In this document: positions 38,299 through 41,745 of the stretch, piece by piece
How positions within the stretch are numbered: position 1 is the first letter of the stretch
Layout of the letters: each line of letters begins with the position of its first letter
Assembly: GCA_964534345.1 (NCBI GenBank)
Contig: CAZHOX010000005.1
Location: 1 to 41,745 of the forward strand
Direction of reading: 5' to 3'
Source of the DNA: an uncultured Anaerolinea sp.
Lineage (GTDB): Bacteria > Chloroflexota > Anaerolineae > Anaerolineales > Villigracilaceae
DNA length: 41,745 nucleotides
The notes under the pieces: generated by a model
The model's database searches: none
Told to the model about the DNA's origin: nothing
Seen by the model: the letters and a program-made list of their open reading frames with translations, nothing else
Made by a program: the position numbers and the translations under genes

Positions 38299-38628
38299 AT
38301 GAAGACTCCCGCCGGGCGCGAATGCCCACACTTCTATGGCGACTATTACCGTGGCCGCAATGTAGAAGAATGTAGATTGTTGGATGCGCAAGGACAGGCC
38401 TGGACGCCGGACCTGTGTCGTTCCTGCCCGGTGCCAGATATTGCGCGCGCGAATTCCTGTCAATTCTTAAAATTGAAGGTAAGAGTAGGGCGGCCGATCT
38501 CAGCCGTCTTTCAGCGCCGTGTGCTGGTAAGCGCATTTTGTGAAAAGTCAAAGCGGGATGTTTCGGAACCGGAAATAGGGTGTGGAGAGTGCCATGCCCT
38601 ACCGTTTACTTTTGAAGTAAAAGAATAA
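38299..38628 (+). CDS. Small Cys-rich putative metal-binding protein
   Basis: 8 Cys including CRSC and CGECH; 9 bp after efp; no signal peptide. Confidence 0.7.
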   Translation: MKTPAGRECPHFYGDYYRGRNVEECRLLDAQGQAWTPDLCRSCPVPDIARANSCQFLKLKVRVGRPISAVFQRRVLVSAFCEKSKRDVSEPEIGCGECHALPFTFEVKE

Positions 38629-38657
38629 AGAGACAGACTCCGGGGGAGTCTAATACC

Positions 38658-39848
38658 ATGACGTTAACTCTTCTGTTAGATCTCGACGACACCCTTCTTA
38701 ACACGAATTTACAGGCGTTTATTCCGGCCTATTTTCACTCGTTATCCAAAGAGCTTACCCCTCACGCTGCGCCCGATATTATGCTTCGGGCATTGCTCAA
38801 GGGGACGCATTCCATGAATGAGAGTGATGATTTTTCGCGCACATTGCAGGATGTCTTCGAGGCGGAATTTTATCCACAGCTCAACGTGTCGCGCGGCGAG
38901 ATCGAGCCTGCGATCGAAAGATTTTACGATAATGTTTTTCCCAATCTGGGTGGTTTGACAACACAGGTACTGGATGCAAAAACCTTTGTAGATTGGGCAA
39001 TTGCAAAAGGGTACCGTGTTGCAATTGCTACAGATCCGCTCTTTCCGCGAATGGCTACCTATCATCGCCTACGCTGGGCAGGATTTGACCCAACACAGTT
39101 TGAATTAGTTTCCTCTTTCGAAAATTTTCATTTTACGAAGACTCACCCTGCGTACTATGCTGAAGTGCTTGGCCGTATGGGGTGGCCTGAGGGTCCAATA
39201 TTGATGGTGGGCAATGATTTGGAGCGTGATATTGTTCCATCGAAAAAGCTTGGGCTGGCTGCATTTCACGTGGATGTAGAATCAGCTCCCGGTTTAGAAA
39301 AAGATGCGCAGCCTCGTGGTACTTTATCCGACCTGATCCGGTGGCTTGATTCCATCGATTACTCAGCTTTGATGCCATCCTTTAAAACAAGGGATTCTAT
39401 ACTTTCACTCTTGAGTGCAACGCCAGCTACTTTGAATGGCCTGTTGCGCGGATTGGACGTTGATGCATGGCACCGCAAGACTGCTCATGATGATTGGTCG
39501 TTGACGGAGTTGATCTGTCATTTGCGGGACACTGAGCGCGAGGTTCATCACATGCAGGTCGGTTTGTTCAAGGATGGGAGTGAGCCGTTTATTCCACGCC
39601 CTGATACGAGCGTGTGGGCAAGCCAGCGGGATTATTTGCATGAAGATGGCGCGTTGGCGCTGAAGGAATTTAATGAGGCTAGGCGCGAAACATTGACCCA
39701 GTTGAAAAACATTCCTGCCGGTGAGTGGGATCGAAAAGCCCGCCATGCCATTTTTGGGCCAACCAATTTCCTTGAAGTGATCAGTTTTTTTGCTGATCAT
39801 GACAGAATGCATATACAGCAGGCTTGGTCAACTTTGAGAAAAATGTAA
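38658..39848 (+). CDS. HAD-family hydrolase fused to DinB-family domain
   Basis: DLDDTLL, IATDP, KTHP, MVGNDLERD; C-term WSLTELICHLRD...HDRMH. Confidence 0.85.
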   Translation: MTLTLLLDLDDTLLNTNLQAFIPAYFHSLSKELTPHAAPDIMLRALLKGTHSMNESDDFSRTLQDVFEAEFYPQLNVSRGEIEPAIERFYDNVFPNLGGLTTQVLDAKTFVDWAIAKGYRVAIATDPLFPRMATYHRLRWAGFDPTQFELVSSFENFHFTKTHPAYYAEVLGRMGWPEGPILMVGNDLERDIVPSKKLGLAAFHVDVESAPGLEKDAQPRGTLSDLIRWLDSIDYSALMPSFKTRDSILSLLSATPATLNGLLRGLDVDAWHRKTAHDDWSLTELICHLRDTEREVHHMQVGLFKDGSEPFIPRPDTSVWASQRDYLHEDGALALKEFNEARRETLTQLKNIPAGEWDRKARHAIFGPTNFLEVISFFADHDRMHIQQAWSTLRKM

Positions 39849-39889
39849 CAAGTAGCGTGTCTTCAGGCATATTGCAGGGTTATATCGGT

Positions 39890-39918
39890 AATAAGGACAA
39901 GTTCAACTTGTCCTTATT
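39890..39918. promoter_or_regulatory. Perfect 29-bp inverted repeat upstream of fabF (operator or terminator)
   Basis: AATAAGGACAAGTT-C-AACTTGTCCTTATT. Confidence 0.6.
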
Positions 39919-39952
39919 TATTATATTGATACAGTTTTAAAGGAGAACACGT

Positions 39953-41191
39953 ATGAGAAACCGTGTAGTTGTGACAGGGCTGGGCTGTGTGAGCCCGGTT
40001 GGAAATAATGTAAAGGATACCTGGGAGGCTTTGTTGGCGGGAAGATCTGGTGCGGCTCCCATTACTGCTTTTGATGCCAGCGCTCATAAGACAAAGTTTG
40101 CGGCGGAAGTAAAGGGCTTTGACCCTGTGGCGTTGTTCGGTACGCGTGAGGCTCGTAAGATGGATCGTTTTACTCAATTTGCAACGGCCGCAACTTTGGA
40201 GGCGATGTCACACGCGAATCTCACAATTACCGAATCAAACCGTGACCGTGTAGGTATTTTGATCGGTACCGGTATTGGCGGAATTATTACCTTGCTTGAG
40301 CAGTACGAGGTTTTGCGTGAACGCGGTCCGGAGCGTATCAGCCCGTTCCTTATCCCTATGATGATCTCGGATAGTGCGGCTGGGAATATTGCCATTCGTG
40401 TGGGGGTGCGTGGCCCAAACATGTCTTTGGCTACTGCTTGCGCTTCTGGTACAAACTCACTTGGCGAAGCCGCGGAAATGATTCGCCGTGGTTCTGCTGA
40501 TGTGATGATCGCTGGCGCATCGGAGGCGGCTATTACAGCAGTGACGATGGCTGGAATGAATGTGATGACAGCTCTCTCCACCCGCAACGATGACCCGCAG
40601 CGTGCTTCCCGTCCATTTGACAAGGATCGGGATGGATTCTTGATGGGGGAAGGGTCTGGCATTGTGATCCTTGAATCACTTGAACATGCGCAGGCACGCG
40701 GTGCGAACATTCTGTGTGAATTTGGCGGTTATGGTACTTCAGATGACGCGCATCACATTTCTGCGCCTGCTGAGAATGGTGCAGGGGCCGCCATTTCCAT
40801 GCAGTTAGCGCTGCAAAATGCAAACCTCAAGCCGGAGAATATTAGCTATATCAATGCGCATGGCACCTCCACTTATTTGAATGATAAAAGTGAAACAGCC
40901 GCCATCAAGACTGTGTTTGGTGAACAGGCATATAAAACTCCGGTCTCTTCCACTAAATCTATGACAGGTCACTTGCTTGGCGCATCTGGAGCTTTGGAGG
41001 GGATTATCAGCGCTTTGGCGATCGTGAATAATACATTGCCGCCGACGATCAACTACGAAACGCCAGACCCAGTGTGTGACTTGGACTATGTCCCCAACCA
41101 GCCGCGCAAAACTATTGTGAATAATGTCATGTCCAATTCATTTGGCTTTGGCGGACATAACGCTACATTGATCATGAGCCGCTACCAATAA
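39953..41191 (+). CDS. fabF: 3-oxoacyl-ACP synthase II
   Basis: RVVVTGLG, TACASG (Cys), NAHGTST, GHLLGA, NSFGFGGHN. Confidence 0.97.
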   Translation: MRNRVVVTGLGCVSPVGNNVKDTWEALLAGRSGAAPITAFDASAHKTKFAAEVKGFDPVALFGTREARKMDRFTQFATAATLEAMSHANLTITESNRDRVGILIGTGIGGIITLLEQYEVLRERGPERISPFLIPMMISDSAAGNIAIRVGVRGPNMSLATACASGTNSLGEAAEMIRRGSADVMIAGASEAAITAVTMAGMNVMTALSTRNDDPQRASRPFDKDRDGFLMGEGSGIVILESLEHAQARGANILCEFGGYGTSDDAHHISAPAENGAGAAISMQLALQNANLKPENISYINAHGTSTYLNDKSETAAIKTVFGEQAYKTPVSSTKSMTGHLLGASGALEGIISALAIVNNTLPPTINYETPDPVCDLDYVPNQPRKTIVNNVMSNSFGFGGHNATLIMSRYQ

Positions 41192-41201
41192 AGGAGCTAG
41201 A

Positions 41202-41745
41202 ATGCCATTTGCGCATATTACAGGTTGGGGCATTAGCGTGCCTGAACCTGTTCTTACCAATGATGATATTTCCAAAATGGTGGATACGAATGACGAATGG
41301 ATTCGCTCTCATACCGGCATTCGTGAGCGTCACATAGCCCGTGAAGATCAATTCCCTTCTACGCTGGCGGTGGAAGCTGCCATAAAAGCCTTGCAGGTGG
41401 CAAACCTTGCCCCAACCGAATTGGATTTGATCATTTTGACCAGTTCTTCCCCTGAATATATTTTCCCTGCCACGGCTTGTCTCATTCAAGATCAAATTGG
41501 TGCAACCAAGGCTGGCGCATTTGATTTGCTGGCCGCCTGCTCAGGTTTTATCTATGCCACAAATATGGCGGCGCAAGCCATTCGCAGCGGGTCCATCAAA
41601 AATGCTTTGGTGATTGGTTCAGAGACCCTTTCCCGTTTCACGAATTGGAAGGATCGTAATACTTGTATCCTTTTTGGAGACGGAGCAGGCGCATTTGTTT
41701 TGCAAGCCAGCGACAAACCCGGCGGGCTTCTATCTGCTGTGATGC
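41202..41745 (+). CDS. fabH: 3-oxoacyl-ACP synthase III, truncated at window end
   Basis: AAGGAG RBS; MPFAHITGWG...DTNDEWIRSHTGIRERH...FDLLAACSGF...DRNTCILFGDGAGA. Not in the ORF track because it has no stop in the window. Confidence 0.93.
   Translation, partial: MPFAHITGWGISVPEPVLTNDDISKMVDTNDEWIRSHTGIRERHIAREDQFPSTLAVEAAIKALQVANLAPTELDLIILTSSSPEYIFPATACLIQDQIGATKAGAFDLLAACSGFIYATNMAAQAIRSGSIKNALVIGSETLSRFTNWKDRNTCILFGDGAGAFVLQASDKPGGLLSAVM

Noticed and set aside
38578-38595. CxxCH heme site (CGECH) implying a cytochrome c
   Set aside because: No export signal and six further Cys; Zn or Fe-S binding is more plausible.

Overview
Bacterial chromosomal window, probably Anaerolineales (Chloroflexota); this assignment is inferred from gene content and Lys-rich C-terminal tails. 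The left part (1-23.7 kb, all minus strand, mostly AT-richer) is an accessory cell-surface locus. It runs: orphan OmpR-type regulator, NusG/RfaH paralog, secreted beta-helix/DNRLRE protein, then a Wzx/Wzy-type polysaccharide operon (flippase, Wzy-kinase fusion, nucleotidyltransferase-kinase, GT4, deacetylase, formyltransferase, co-polymerase, phosphoglycosyl transferase fused to a degenerate GGDEF, 4,6-dehydratase, NTP-transferase, aminotransferase, GH-like lipoprotein). It ends with a small HTH gene and a >1259-aa surface protein that the ORF track misses because it runs off the window. The right part is mostly housekeeping: MFS, korAB, GntR regulator, GH25/SH3 pair, cytochrome c lipoprotein, two hypotheticals, tRNA-Arg, hsp20-lon-REC-GNAT-mog, efp, fabF and partial fabH. 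The best candidate for an undescribed system is the polysaccharide locus. Its only initiator-like protein carries an intact RxxD c-di-GMP I-site on a dead GGDEF and has Asn in place of the catalytic Asp. Its polymerase carries an NMP-kinase-like domain although no BY-kinase is present. Its leader shares a ~120-bp upstream element with the giant surface-protein operon. All calls come from reading motifs by eye; no database searches were run.
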